DNA of 64,000 nucleotides, from NCBI RefSeq assembly GCF_009914755.1, contig NC_060926.1. One strand, written 5' to 3'. Positions 14,827 to 31,529 of this stretch are shown here, in pieces. Below the pieces are notes generated by a model that did no database searches, was not told where the DNA came from, and saw nothing but the letters and a program-made list of their open reading frames with translations. This stretch comes from the human T2T-CHM13v2.0 reference genome, Homo sapiens. Numbering within the stretch: position 1 is the stretch's first letter; each line of letters opens with the position of its first letter. The position numbers and the translations under genes are program-made.

Positions 14827-16410
14827 TAATTACTGAGAGAAGGACTTATGTCTTAGAGCTGTTTTTTTGTTTGTTTTGTTTTGTTTTTTACATATAGGCT
14901 TTTTGTTACTCATTTCCTCCATTGCTGCCTTCTTTTGTTTTTAGTTGTGACATGTTTTGATTCCCTTCTCATTTCCTTTTGTACACACTCGATAGTTATT
15001 TTCTCTGTGGTTATCATGGGAATTATATATAACATTCTAAAGTTACAACAATCTAATTTAAATTGATATCAAGTTAACCTCAAGTGTATACAAAAACTCT
15101 TATAAAGCATTGTCACTTCCCCTACTTTGTTATTCATGTCACAAATTACATCTTTATATATTGTGTACCTACTAAAGAGCTTTATAATTATTTTTATGCC
15201 TTTGTGTTTTAATTCAGGTTGATAATAATAAGTAGAGTTACAAACTAAAATTATAATAATACTGATTTTTATATTTGACTGCCCAGTCTTCCTGGACATA
15301 TAATTCTTGGTTAATCTTTATTTTTCTTCTAGCACTTTAATTATACCTTCTGGCCTCCAAAGCTTCTGCTGAGAAGTCAGAATCCCTCATTATTGAGAAT
15401 CCCTTGTATATGATGAGTTTATTCTCTCTTGCTGCTTGCAGATTCTCTTTCAACAATTTGATTATAAGGTATCCTTTGGGTTGATTCTACTTGAAGTTCA
15501 TTGAGCATCTTACATTTGTGGATCCATGTATTTCCTCAAATTTGGGAGGGTTTTGGTCATTATTTCTTCAGATCATCTTTCTGATCCTTTCTCTGTTCAA
15601 TGAGCATCTTGGATTTGTGGATCCATGTATTTCCTAAAATTTGGGAGGGTTTTGGTCATTATTTCTTCACATAATCTTTCTGATCCTTTCTCTCTTCCCC
15701 TTCTGGGACTCCCATAATGTATATATTGGTATATTTGATGATGTCCCATAAATCTCATAGGTTTAGTTCACTTTTCATAATTCTTCTTGGTCCTTAGAAT
15801 TGATAATTTCAAATATCGTATCATAAAGTTGGCTGATTTTTTTTCTTCTGCCTACTCAAACCTTGAACTTCTCTAGTAAATTTTTAAATTCAGTTATGGG
15901 ACTTTTCAGTTGCTTCAGGATTTGTTTGGTTCCTTTTTATAATTTTTCTTTTTTGATATTTTCATTTTGTTCTTATGTGTTTTTTTTTTAATATTCTTTA
16001 GTTCTTTATATGGTTTCCTTTCACTCTTTGAACATATTTAAGGCAGCTGTTTTAAAGACTTTGCCTAGTTAGTAAGATGTCTGTGCTTTCTCAGGTTTGA
16101 TTTCTACCAATTAATTTTGCTCCTTTGAATAGGCCATGTTTTCCTGTTTCTTTGTATGCCTTGTGGGGTGTGTGTGTGTGAAACTGGGCATTTGAAAAAG
16201 CCATCTTTCCCGGTCTTTGCAGACTAGCTGTGTGCCGGGACAGTCCCACTAATTAGCTAGGTTTGCTCTGAGCATAGGAATTGGCCTGAGGTAAAAGCTT
16301 ATGGTCTTGTCAGGTCTTTTCTGAAATGTGTGTTGACTGGGCCTGTGTGTGGCTTTCTCAATTCCCCTGTATACATGGCTGCTTTTGAATGCCTTAATTT
16401 CTGTAAGAAA
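14827..16410 (-). mobile_element. Old L1M (L1MC/MD-like) ORF1/spacer region; a short piece at ~11970-12003 lies on the other side of Tigger4
   Basis: gagagtttaatccattacatttaaag | taattactga rejoins across the Tigger4; antisense ORF1 motifs such as ttctggcctccaaagcttctgctgagaagtc. Confidence 0.75.
15496..15693. repeat. 99-bp tandem duplication (2 copies)
   Basis: 15496-15594 vs 15595-15693, 6 mismatches by eye. Confidence 0.95.
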
Positions 16411-16416
16411 ATGGCC

Positions 16417-16672
16417 TGTTGCATGGCAACAGTGATGTCATCTTGAAGCAAAACTGACATGATGACGGATGTTTGACTCCTACATACCAAGGTGTTCTGC
16501 AGCAAGTTCTTTAGACAATGCCTGTAGCATAGATAATCCCTAATAAAGATGTTTATCTAGCCTCTACAGTGATCATGGGTTTTGGCAATATAACCCCTCA
16601 TGAGAATGCTTATTTAATCTCTCCAGTTTTGTCAAGAAAGTCTGAGACATTACCAGCTGCACATGTCTTTAC
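16417..16672 (+). mobile_element. Partial ERV LTR (probably ERV1 class; subfamily not assigned)
   Basis: TG start; gtttgactcct..cataccaaggtgttctgcagcaag and a repeated ataacccctcat-like unit typical of LTR U3; 3' part absent. Confidence 0.55.
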
Positions 16673-16802
16673 CTCTGATTTTTTATGTTAACTGTGGGGT
16701 AACAAGGACAAAGAGCTTCCTATTCTGAAATTTGGCTGTATGTCACTCAGAGTGTGGAACTGAAAGAAGGAAGAGGCTGAGGGGAGAGGAATTTTCCAGG
16801 TA

Positions 16803-17529
16803 TGGTAGTCTTCCTTTATCCATGGGGTATATGTTCAAAGACCCCCAGTGAATGCTTGAAATAGCAGATATTACCGAATCTGATGGCTGTCAATTCGAAC
16901 ACCTTTCTGTTTGTGTCTTTCACCTGCAAATGTAATGACTTCCATCGTAGCTAAGCACTTATCACACACTGTGGCTGTAACTTTTGCAGTTTGAGGTGCA
17001 ACAGCACAACTCATGAATTTCTGTTTCCTTCTTCACAATGTCATGGATAGAGGATTCATATGTAATGTACCATAGATCTTAGCAAGCTCCGCATATGATA
17101 TATATCCTTATTAAGTTGAGAACTTTCACCTTTTTACTCACTGAGAGCACCATAAGATGCATCTCTTTGTTATATCTGAATTGCCAGCATCACTACTTTT
17201 GTGCTTTGGAGTCATTATTAAGTAAAATACAGGTTGCGTGAATACAAGCAGTGCTACACCATTACAGTCCATCTTTTAACCAAGATGGCTGCTAAGTGAC
17301 TTATGGGCAGGTGGCATATACAGTGTGGGTACACTGGACAAAGGGATTCACATCCTGGACAAAACAAAATAGGACAGTGTGAGATTTCATCACACTACTC
17401 AACAGTGCACGATTTAAAAATTATGAATTATTTATTTCTGGAATTTTCCATATAATATTTTTGGGCTGTGGTTGACTGCAGGTAATTGATACCACAGAAA
17501 GGAAATTAGCAGATAAGGGGAGACTACTA
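16803..17529. mobile_element. MER44 (Tigger7 derivative)
   Basis: TIRs gtagtcttcctttatcc / gataaggggagactac, flanked by TA on both sides. Confidence 0.88.
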
Positions 17530-18049
17530 TAATAACAGTATAAATATCTGAGTTCTTTACCTCAATTGAATGATTATTACTATTTTAATGGCTAGTACCA
17601 TCATGCTAAGCCTATTAGTAAGGATAAAGATTTACAGCTGTGCAATTAAGCTATAAGTTTCCCCATGTGAATTATAAAAATCTCAAGTTCTGTGAATTTA
17701 TAGCTCTTGCCTAGAACAATGAGAAAGATGAGGGTTGTATGGTCAAAATTTTTGGAAATGTTAAGATAAACAAACAGTTAAGTTTGTGATTTCTGAGAAC
17801 ATTTCATGTACACCAGAAATTTTTAAAGAAATTAGTTTGTCTTAATATATCCTTCAAGTATTTAGCCATATATATTTTATTTTACTGAGTGTTTTATGGC
17901 ACTATTATATTAAGGAGTTCAATCTGGGAACTATATCCATAGAAAACTGATTAGAATTGCTATAGAGCACTGGCTCTCAATTTTTTGCAATTTATGGAGC
18001 ATTTCCACTGTAACCTCATTTCATTGCCTATACAAAAAAGATCTCTCCA

Positions 18050-21470
<3,421 letters not shown>

Positions 21471-21584
21471 TTCTAAAAAATTCACCAATACAGTAGTTTC
21501 TCCTTTAGAGATAATTTGGGAGGACCAAATAAGGTAATGTTTGTCACAGTACTTAACATAGGACACTATATTAATATAAACTTT

Positions 21585-21745
21585 AAAAATTAAACTTTTA
21601 AAGATAATTATATATTAATATGCAGTTCTAAGAAATAATGGAGAAGTCCCATGTCTCTTTTATCCAGTTTCTTCCAATGATAATATTTTACAAAAATTTA
21701 ATACAATGTTACAACCAAAATATTCACATTAATACAGTCAAGATT
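21585..21745 (-). mobile_element. L1MC-like 3'-end fragment
   Basis: gcagttctaagaaataat...tcccatgt...ccagtttcttccaatgataatatt motif. Confidence 0.6.
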
Positions 21746-21879
21746 AATGTAAAATTTTTAAGTTGTAGGAAGTGTTACATATGCCATATATAAAGAGCTG
21801 GATCATAAAGTACTATTACATGTTCAAATGTATCCTTTCTAGATGTTTGACATTTAGGCATTAGGTCAAAATAATCTAG

Positions 21880-24155
21880 ATATCAAAACTAGGCAGAGAT
21901 ATTGAAGCAAAACCATGAGTCTGTAAGTCTGATCCCTCATGAATGTAAATGCCAACATTTAAAAATAGTAAATGAAATGCAGGAATATGTAAAAATACAT
22001 CATCACAATTAAGAAGTATTTATTCTGGAACGTAAGGTTAGTTTGCCATTTGAAAATCAATGCAATTCACGATATTAATAGAACAAAGGAGAAAGATCAT
22101 GATAATCTTGATAGGCACAGGAGAAGTATTCGATAAAATTCAATACCTATTCATGATAGAAACTCTTAGCAAACTAGTTACTGAAGGGAACTTTATTAAT
22201 ATGAATAAAAGGTTTATTAAAAACCTGGGGAAAACTTTATGCTAACTGGTGAATTATTGAAAGCTTTCCCTAAGAATCAAGAAATAGAAAATAATGCCGG
22301 TCACAACTTCTACTTATCTTTATACTAGAGCTTCTAGTCAGTGCAATAATAAGGAAAGAGAAGTAAAAAGCATAAGAACTAGAAAGGAAGGAATTAAAAT
22401 GTCCTTATTTGCTGATATGGTTTGGATGTTTGTCCCCTCCAACTCTCATATTGAAATGTAATCCCCCATGTTGGAGGTAGGGCCTCATGGGAGGTGTTTG
22501 GGTCATGAAGGCAGATCCCTCTTACATGGCTTGGTGCCCTCCCCATGGTAAGAACTGAGTTCTTGCTCTGTTAGTTCACATGAGAGCTAGTTGTTTACAG
22601 GAGCCTGGGTCCTCCTCCTCTCTCTGTTTCTTCCTCTCTTACCATGTGATATGGCATCTCCCCCTTTACCTTCTACCATGATTTGAAGCTTCCTGAGGCC
22701 TCACCAGGTGCAGATGCCAGCACCATACTTCTCATATAGCCTGAAGAACCTTGAACCAAAATAAACCTTTTTTCTTTATAAATTACTCAGTCTCAGGTAT
22801 TCCTTTATAGCAATGCAAAGAGACTAACACATTTCCAGACGACATGATGTGGATGCAGAAAATTCAAAAGAATTTACTAACTGTTGGCATTAATAAGCGA
22901 ATTTATCACTTATTGCTAGATATAAGGTCAATATATACAAGTCAATTGTATATATACCAGAAATAAAACAGAAAATGAAATTTAAAAATAAGATTACCAC
23001 ATACAAAGGAGAAAAAGAAATACTTAAATCTAAAGGAAGATGTGGAAGACCACTACTATGAAAACTACAAAACATTTTTCATAAGAAATAGAGAAGACCT
23101 AAATAAATGGAGGGATAGATCATATTCATGGATTGGAAAACAATATTATAAAGAAATAAATTCAGCCCAAATGTATCTATGAATTAAATGAGATTCTAAC
23201 CAGAATTTCAGCCCCCACTGTTTTTGTTTCTTTTTTTTCCTTGAGTGAGTCAGGGTATAAGCTGATTTTGAGATTTATATGGAAGGATAGCCAAGTCTAT
23301 CTTAAAGAACAAAGCTGGGCAATTTTCACTACTAAATAATAACATTGACAGCCAGAGTTGCTTAAAGCAGTGAGATATTTGTGCAAGTATAGACAAACAG
23401 AGTAATAAAATAGAACATGATCCAGAAACAGCCTATATATTATACTGTCACATATACAAAATTACAATACCTTTTCCACCGGAATGGCTAAAATAAAAAA
23501 GAGAGACAATATCAAGCATCATTGAGGATGGCCAAAACTGGAACTCTTACATACTGCTGGTGAGAAGGGAAATTGTTAACAACTACTTTGGAAAACTGGA
23601 AGTAGCTACTAAGGCTGCATATCCTACGTCACAGGAGTTCAACTTCTAAGCACAGTCAAACAGATCTGCCTACCTATGTCCATTAAAAGACATACACAAG
23701 AATGTTCATAGCAACACTATTCGCATTAGCCCCAAACTTGAAACAACCCAAATATCCATCTAAAGTAGAATAAATTGAAGTACATTCATGCATTGGAATA
23801 TTGTTATACAGCAAGAAGAGTGGAAGAATTATAACTATATGCAAAATACGAAAGATTCTCAGATTCATAATGTTGAATAAAAGGAGCCAAATACAAAAGA
23901 ATATAGGTATGAATCCATTTAAGTTTGAAAAAAGGCAAATTAGTCTATAATGTTACAAATCTGGACAGCTGGGCTGAGATTATAGCATCTTGAAGTGGGT
24001 ATAGGAAGGCTTCTGGGGTCCTGGTAACATATGTTACTTGGTCAGGATACTGTTTACAAGGATGTGTTCACTTTGTGAAATTCATTGAGTCACATGCTTA
24101 TGTTTTGTGCACTTTTCTGTATGCATGTTAGACTTCAATAAAAAGTTTAAAAAAT
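21880..24155 (+). mobile_element. Old L1ME-type LINE (ORF2 3' part and 3'UTR), interrupted by an MST LTR
   Basis: FDKIQYLFMIETLSKL remnant; terminal gttagacttcaataaaaagtttaaaaa. Confidence 0.8.
22413..22831 (+). mobile_element. MSTB-type MaLR solo LTR
   Basis: tgatatggtttggatgtttgtcccctcc...gactaacaca; 5-bp TSD tttgc/tttcc. Confidence 0.9.
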
Positions 24156-25089
24156 TACCAAATTGTTCAGATTATCATCATCCAGCTTTTCCTTTGGCGC
24201 CTCTTGCTTTTAACTATGGTGGCAGTATTTATGTCTGATGCTTTTTTACAGACTTTCCCATGTAAATGGAACTACTCTTTTGCTATCTCACATAATTTGG
24301 CTCCTTGCTTGCATCAAAGAACCACTTTGAAAGCCAAAAATTTAATAACTTTCAGCTTTGGGATAAGTTTAAGAGAATAACTGAATTAAATTGAGGGAAT
24401 TTGAAAGAAAATTAGCTTTCCCCAGCATGATGTGGGCTGCAAAAAAGAACTAGGTAGAGACCATGATGAGGAAACAAGAAATTCTTTGTTAATTCCATTC
24501 GGAATTATGAGTGAGAATCACCCAGTTTTCTGCAGCAAAACTGGAGTAGAACATTCATGTAATAGGGAAACCTCTTGAAAGTTACTGATGTTATTTAATA
24601 GTATCTTTGTCAAAACATAGTAATCTAGGTCAAAGGCTGAGGCCTGAGACAAGGCTGAGAAAAGGGAAGTCACAGGGTATCAGTGAAAATATATTTGCTA
24701 GAAATGACGCAGGGCTCAAAGTGGGTACACTAAGCTTTCTGGCTAGGAATTATCCGCTGGCCACAGTAACCTCATCAGAGAATACACAGGAAGTGAGATG
24801 CATTTTGGTGAACTGGGGAGTTTCTTCATTTTGCTGAAATTTTGTGATAATCTCTTCACATTCTCTTTCACTCTTACTAATTTTAAATAGCTTTAAAATG
24901 CAAAGATGGCCCTCATTATATCTGATACCCTGGAATAAAAGGCAGGGTACAGGACAACTAAGGAAAATTCCCAGAAAATTGGCTAGGACTTAACTTCCTG
25001 CTTTGTTTTCCTAAATGGCTAGAGGGATAGGGATGGAGGATATTTCCCCATCATATAACGTCATCATTCCTATAAACATGGTATGCTTT

Positions 25090-25210
25090 CATCATTTAGT
25101 TAGAAGTGACTTCTCATAGCAAATATAAATTGTACTTACTTCACAGAGTTGTGGTGAAAATTAGTTATCTGTAACTTAACATTCAATAAATATTAAGTGC
25201 TATTATTAGT
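25090..25210 (+). mobile_element. MIR fragment
   Basis: tacttacttcacagagttgtggtgaaaatta...tcaataaatatt...gctattatt. Confidence 0.55.
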
Positions 25211-26371
25211 AGTAGTACACACATTAATATCCCTCCCTAGAAAGTAACAAGATATAGTGATAGGTCAATTACAGTTATTCTTATCCAATACTGCATTAAT
25301 AGTGAGTATTCCCTATCCATTAGAAACAGAGATATGAAAGTGGTCTAATCAATCTGGAACTCTTTCAGGATGGGGGAAGGAGAATGGGATTATCTTGCTA
25401 GTACCTGTCAGCCCTGGTATTCAGGTTTAGAGCTACCCTGCTGGAATGGCTTTGAGTCCTTCAGTACCACCTTGAAGATTAGATCTATGTGGTGGCATCA
25501 GAGAGAAGCTGACAATTGGTCCCTTTGGCTGCAAACAGCATTACAAAAACAAAGCACAAGATCTGTCAATGGAAAGGCTTGTATAAGATTTTTCAAGCAC
25601 TTACAAAGTGGAAATCTTTTTAAAACTTATTTGTTTCAGAGGAGTTCCACAGAAAAATGAATTCTAGTACAATCCTGAGGGTTCTTTGCCTACTTTAGGA
25701 ATAATAAATACTCAGGAAGAAAAGGAATTGGATTTGTAAGTATCAATATTGCTCAATTTAGCAGCATTAGATAAACTGAGTTTTAAAAAAAGATGTTAGC
25801 ATTGATATTACAGTAATTTTTATAAACTTTCATTTTTTATGTTATAAAATTTAAATGGACTTTCAAATTCATTCTAAGGCTTCTGATCTGTCTTCTTCAG
25901 AATACTATGGTTTAAAATGATTCTAGCAGCTTCTAAACAAAAACAATCACCCATCAAACCCAAAATCTCATATGAAATACTTTGCCTGATATAGGAGAGA
26001 ATTCTTTTGAGAAATGACATGTCTGTGTATAAATAAAGGATTATATAAATTTCTGTGTTGGTTAATTTTAGTAACAGCACTATGATAATACTAAGCTCTT
26101 TCTCCCAAAATCTTATGAAAAGAATATCCTTTTGACTTTTTGCTAAATGATGACTATAGTAATCACTGATTAGAAATTTTCACATAAACACAATTCCAAC
26201 TTGTGTATCAACATTGTGCTGTTTGTCAAAGCTTAATTCTTCTTTTTATAAGGCACTGTCTTTACAAACAAAGTAATTCAAATTAACCATCCATGTCCTC
26301 CAAACATAAATAGAAATGATACTAACTATTGATTAAAATAAAAAGCACTTAAAAATAGCGTTAATTCTTAC

Positions 26372-26474
26372 CAACCCCAGAGGTTATTGATTCTGCATCA
26401 ATGTCACTAGCTCTTTTTCTTGCCACTTCAGCTAGTGCCAATTCACCTTTATCTAGTGCAAGGTAATGAATATC
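26372..26474 (-). CDS. WDPCP: Internal coding exon of WDPCP (WD repeat-containing planar cell polarity effector, Fritz/BBS15), 103 nt, phase 0 in / phase 1 out
   Basis: Acceptor tcttttattttgctttatttcctcag|GAT, donor GTTG|gtaag. Translates without a stop to DIHYLALDKGELALAEVARKRASDIDAESITSGV, which I recall from the WDPCP C-terminal region (probably exon 14). Confidence 0.95.
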
Positions 26475-26929
26475 CTGAGGAAATAAAGCAAAATAAAAGA
26501 TTGATTCAAAATGAACCTTGCCCAAGTTACAAGGAGGATTTTGAAGGAAACTTATTGTCCAGATTACAAAATAGAAACAGTTTGTAAATATTCTTTTCTG
26601 TGTTTTAAGTTTCTTAGTTTTCTAGTATAAGCAAATTTTTCTGAATTGGAGATCACAGCTATAACTAAAGGCAAGTATTTAAATAAATTATTTTAAGCTG
26701 TGAGGGAAAATACAAGTTTTTAATAAAGTGTTTGACAAAGTTTTGTCAGGGAATAAAAATGTTAATTGCTATTTTTCTTTGGTAAGACATTAATATCCAA
26801 GAGTGTGTCTTCAAATTTTAATTGTATATTATGCTAAGCACGATACAAGGGATACTAAACAGATTTGTTGCTGCATATGGCATATATTTGTTATTATTAA
26901 TATTACTAGTATTTTGAACTCAAATAATT

Positions 26930-27320
26930 AGTACTGACTAATTGCTGGGCACTGTTTTGGAGTATGGCGATCAATTATAATACCATATCTCAGAAAGCTG
27001 TATGCCCAGTGGGGAGAGAGACCACTGTAAACCAATAGTTAATTACAAAAAAGTATGATAGATTTTATAGCACATATGTGCAGAGTGCTGTGGAGCCAAA
27101 GAGGAGGAACTGATCTCTGATGGTAGTCTTGAAGGGTGAATAAGAGTCACTATAAGAGGGGGAAAATGGAGAAAAGGTGACTGACAGGGAATGAATGACA
27201 TCTGGTGCAGATATGCAGAGAAGCTTGAGAAAACACAACTCTCTCTGACAATGGCAGATCTTTCGATATGGAAGGAGTGTTGGATGTGTGGGAGAAAGCA
27301 GTGAAAAATAATACTGAACA
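26930..27320 (-). mobile_element. L2 LINE fragment
   Basis: tgctgggcactgttttgga...agtggggagaga...agagtgctgtggag...cttgaagggtgaataagagt, typical antisense L2 3' region. Confidence 0.6.
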
Positions 27321-27616
27321 AGTGGAGTCACTAAAAAGGATTTAGATCTCTTTTTGCTACGCGGAATGATTGTTGGAATGAAAATTTTATTGAAATAAAA
27401 ATGGGAAAAGAATATGAACAACCAGTTTACAGTGAAGAAATAAATATAAATGGCTTATCATTAAAAGATATGTGACCTTATGCAAATAAATGCAAGCTGA
27501 AAAATGTAATTTCAAATTGGATAAATCTTTAAAAGTAAATAATAATTACAGGTTGCAAAGTTTTGGGAAAACAGGCATGTAACATTTACTGGGAATATAA
27601 TTGGTTAAGACTTTAT

Positions 27617-27913
27617 TTATTAATTTATTTTTTGAGACAGAGTCTCACTCTGTTGCCAGGCTGGAGTGCAGTGGCATGATCTCAGCTCACTGAAACCTCT
27701 GCCTCTTCAGTTCAAGTGATTCTCTTGCCTCTGCCTCTTGAGTAGCTGGGATTACAGGCACGCACCACCACGCCTGGCTAGCTTTTGTATTTTTAGTAGA
27801 GACGGGGTTTCACCATGATGATCAGGCTAGTCTCAAACTCCTGACCTTGTGATCTGCCCGCCTCGGCCTCCAAAAGTGCTGGGATTACAGGCGTGAGCCA
27901 CCAGCACCCGGCC
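27617..27913 (-). mobile_element. AluS (AluSc-like)
   Basis: ctgttgccaggctgg and gaccttgtgatc; TSD ggttaagactttat / ggtaaagactttat. Confidence 0.95.
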
Positions 27914-27932
27914 GGTAAAGACTTTATAGAGC

Positions 27933-28888
27933 CAAGGATCAGTAAGCTATGGCCCATGGGCCAAATCTAGCCTGCTTTTGATACAGTCCTCAAGTTAAGA
28001 ATGGTTTTTACATTTTTAATGGTTGGAAGAACTGTGCTCAATCACTGCTATTGAATGCTGAGTGGCTTTGAAATTAGCTTTTGCTGCAGATTTGAAAAGG
28101 TTTCAAGCTAAAGTTACAATGTAAAACAGTGCTTATACGTGAAACATACTGTGATAAAATCATTTCATTTCAACGAGAACATTGTTTGAATTGCAAGTAA
28201 TGTCAGGCTGCATCACATACTTCCTGCACTGTCGAAAGGTTTTTTTTTTTCTGTTTTTTTTTTTTTAATCTCCATTCCTACACAAATTTTCAGCAATATA
28301 TTTTCTGATTTCAAACTACAGCAGTGTTTTTCAGACCTTGATGCAAGTGCAAAGGAAATTTACATATTCCAAAATCCATTTAACTGTGCAATTGAGGAAC
28401 TTTAATTGGAAGTGATTTGCAATGTAATGACATGCTAAAAGGCATTCTAGCCTTTTAGCTAATAGAATTCTAAAAATGCCTGCCAGTCTGTTGAATATAC
28501 TCAATTAAAAGCATATACTCATGGATTGATATCAGTATTTGGCAGTACTTATATATGTGGAAAGACATTTTCAAAGGTGAAGTATGTAAAATCTCATTGT
28601 AGATAAGCATTAACAGATGAACGTCAGCTAAAGATTTTGATGATAGGAAACACCAGCTTTCAAATCCAATTAAGTGAAGTGTTACCTCCTCTGAAAAGGA
28701 TTCCATTCTTCACATATATAGAGCTATATCACAAAAATTGTCCTCTTTTAATTTCATCAATAAAGATTTATGGAAATTTTCTGTCTTGTTATATAAGTAC
28801 CTACATGATAACTTCAGTTTTGCCTCTTGGCTCACAAATCTCTAATATTTGCTATCTGGCCCTTTGTAGAGAAGGTTTGCTGGCCCTG
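27933..28888 (+). mobile_element. hAT-Charlie (Charlie2-like) internal-deletion element with a transposase C-terminal remnant
   Basis: Left end ctatggcccatgggccaaatc...aagaatggtttttacatt; right end tatctggccctttg...gtttgctggccctg; remnant FGSTYICGKTFSKVKYVKSH...LTDE...LMIGNT resembles the hAT dimerisation region. Confidence 0.8.
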
Positions 28889-29874
28889 TATTTTAACAAT
28901 ATATCATAATTTAAAATATACTTTTGGTAAATCTCCCTAAGGAAATGATGGGACAGTGTCCAAGATTGGTAATTAAAGCATTGTTTATAACAGTGAAAAA
29001 CTGGGGGCAACTAAAATGTACAATCAAAATAATCATGTGGTTTTTAATTTTTAATCCAAGAATAGCATGATACTTTCATAATAGATCCTTATATTCAGAG
29101 AAGAATTTGGTAAGTTGAAAATATATACTTTTTTCAACTTTGCTAATATTTAAGATTTTTACATCTATGCTCTTAAGAATAGTCTGTGACTTTGTTTACT
29201 TGGACTGCCCTTGACTGGTATCAAGATTACACTGGCCTTATAAAATGAGTTAGGTGGCTTTCCCTGTTTTCTGTTCTTTGATAAACTTTGTATTTATTAT
29301 GGAAAGCAAAAAATATGCAATACATTTGAGAAGACATTACCAACCATTACTAAAGAACATAAATGAACATCTGATTAAAATACAGACATACACATGTTTA
29401 TACCTAGGAAGACAATACATTTATGAAGATTTCAATTCTGACCCAATATATTCTGTAAAACTCAGTGGAGCTCTAATCAAAATCCCCTCAACTTGATAAA
29501 CTGATCTTAAAATTAATAGGTCAAAACAAATGGTCAAGAATATCTAAAACTTATTCTAGTTAATTTTAAAACTATAGAACACTGATATACAACCATATAA
29601 GCCAAAAAAAAAAAAAAAAGAAAGAAAAGAAACAAGAAACATACCCATATATAGATGGTTCTATTTGTGGTACTATTATGAGTACTTTATGTTTAGACGT
29701 AAGTGTGGGCTATAAGATCTGTGGTCAACAAATGATTTCTGGAACATTTTCTGTCTCTTATTTTTGCATTCTTCCTTAATTCTCTGATTTCTCCCCTGTA
29801 TTTTAAAAAAAGTTCTAGGGAATTGGGGTCGTCGATTTGAAGAGGGCAAATTAAAACATAAAAATAAAAAAGAT

Positions 29875-29970
29875 CATGTTTTACTCTGCCCAGGCTAGAT
29901 TCAAACTCCTGGGCTCAAGTGAACCTTCTGCTTCAGTCTCCTGAGTAGGTGGGACTACAGGTACTGGCTA
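29875..29970 (-). mobile_element. Alu monomer fragment (FLAM-like)
   Basis: cccaggctagattcaaactcctgggctcaagtga...gggactacagg. Confidence 0.7.
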
Positions 29971-30323
29971 AGAGGGCAAACATTAATAGTTCTTAAATTG
30001 ATATTATATCTCTCCCATGAAAGTCTTAATTTCATAATCTGTTTGGAAACATACTATGCAGTCCATTTATTTGCTGATTCACTTGTGGACCTCCTCATTA
30101 TTCATATATTTGAATGTGGACTTAAGCAAAATGCATTCAAGAGTATATCTCTATAATTCCATGCCCCTGAGGTCTGACAGAGTTAATTAAGCTTTAGGAT
30201 CTGGTGAAAGACATATCTAGTATCTATATCACCTCTCAAGTGGCTATCTTCTGACTTCGTTTAATAATTTTTGATAGATTTAGCCTAGGAATTTAGTTTA
30301 AATGTTTGATTTACACAATTAAA

Positions 30324-30704
30324 TGCTATGATATGAATGTCCCACCAAAACACATGTTGAAACTTAATTGCCAATGCAATGGTATTGGAAGGTGGGGCCC
30401 TTAAGAGAGGATTAGGTCATAAAGTCTCTGCCATCATGAACAAATTAATGCTGTTATCACAGGAGTGGGTTAGTTATCAAAAAAATGGGTTTGTTGTAAA
30501 AGTGAATTTGGCCCAATTTCCTTTCTCTGTCTCATGTGTTTACTCTGCCGTCTACCCTTCACCATGGGATCACTCTTACCAGATCCCAGCACCATGCTCT
30601 CAGACTTCCCAGCCTCTAGAGCTGTTAACTGAATAAATCTGTTTTCTTTATAAATTACCCAGTCTGTGGTATGCTGTTGTAGCAGCAGAAAACGGATTAA
30701 GACA
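30324..30704 (+). mobile_element. MSTC/MSTD-type MaLR solo LTR
   Basis: tgctatgatatgaatgtcccacc...ataaattacccagtctgtggtat...ggattaagaca. Confidence 0.85.
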
Positions 30705-31009
30705 ACAAATGTCTGGGAAATGGTCATAGTCTAAATGAATCAAGAAAATAAAACCCACTTGGCTGTATATTTCATTTTTATGTCCTTTACCTGAGTAGGC
30801 TAGCACATACAGGAATAATGGACATGGAGTAAAGCTCATTGAGACTAATGCTAAGGTACTGTTAAGTCTAAATATACTGAAGAAATTGCAAACAAGTGGC
30901 CACCAGCAGGGTAGTCATACTCATTGTAACATTAGTTTTAATCAACAGATATTAGCTAATCAAAAATCATTCTGCAAATAACTATGCAATGTTTACTATG
31001 TGCCAGATA

Positions 31010-31182
31010 CAGAGATGAATTTTCCATGAAGCTAATGAAGCTTAAGCTTCATTTCCACTTACTTGTAGAAGTCCTTTCTGGTATCTAATTTTGTATTTGA
31101 AAATGTAAATCCTTTTTCTTAAAAAAAAAATTCCTCAAATTATATCAGCTTCAGGCCCTGTAAAACATGGATGTACCCCCGG
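31010..31182. mobile_element. Short non-autonomous hAT element (Tip100 group, subfamily uncertain)
   Basis: tgaagctaatgaagcttaagcttca...agcttcaggccctgtaaaacatggat..cccc. Confidence 0.6.
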
Positions 31183-31420
31183 CCAGATGCCTAGCTATCA
31201 TGGTTATAACAGACTAGTGGACTATGTTACTATATGCTACTTGTTTAGAATCACTTGTCTGGAAGACGCAACTACATGCTGTGTACAAGAGGCTCACTTC
31301 ACCTCTGAGGACACACAGACTGAAAGTAAATGGATGGGAAAAAGATATTCCATTCAAATAGAAACGGAAAGATTGGAGATAGCTATACTTCCATCAGACA
31401 AGATATACTTTTAGTAAAAA

Positions 31421-31529
31421 GGCTGGGTGCGGTGGCTCACGCCTGTAATCCCAGCACTTTGGGAGGCCGAGGCGGGTGGATCACAAGGTCAGGAGATCGA
31501 GACCATCCTGGCTAACACAGTGAAACCCC
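31421..31529 (+). mobile_element. AluY-type left arm only (3'-truncated)
   Basis: ggctgggtgcggtggctcacgcc...accatcctggctaacacagtgaaacccc, after which L1 resumes directly. Confidence 0.9.
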
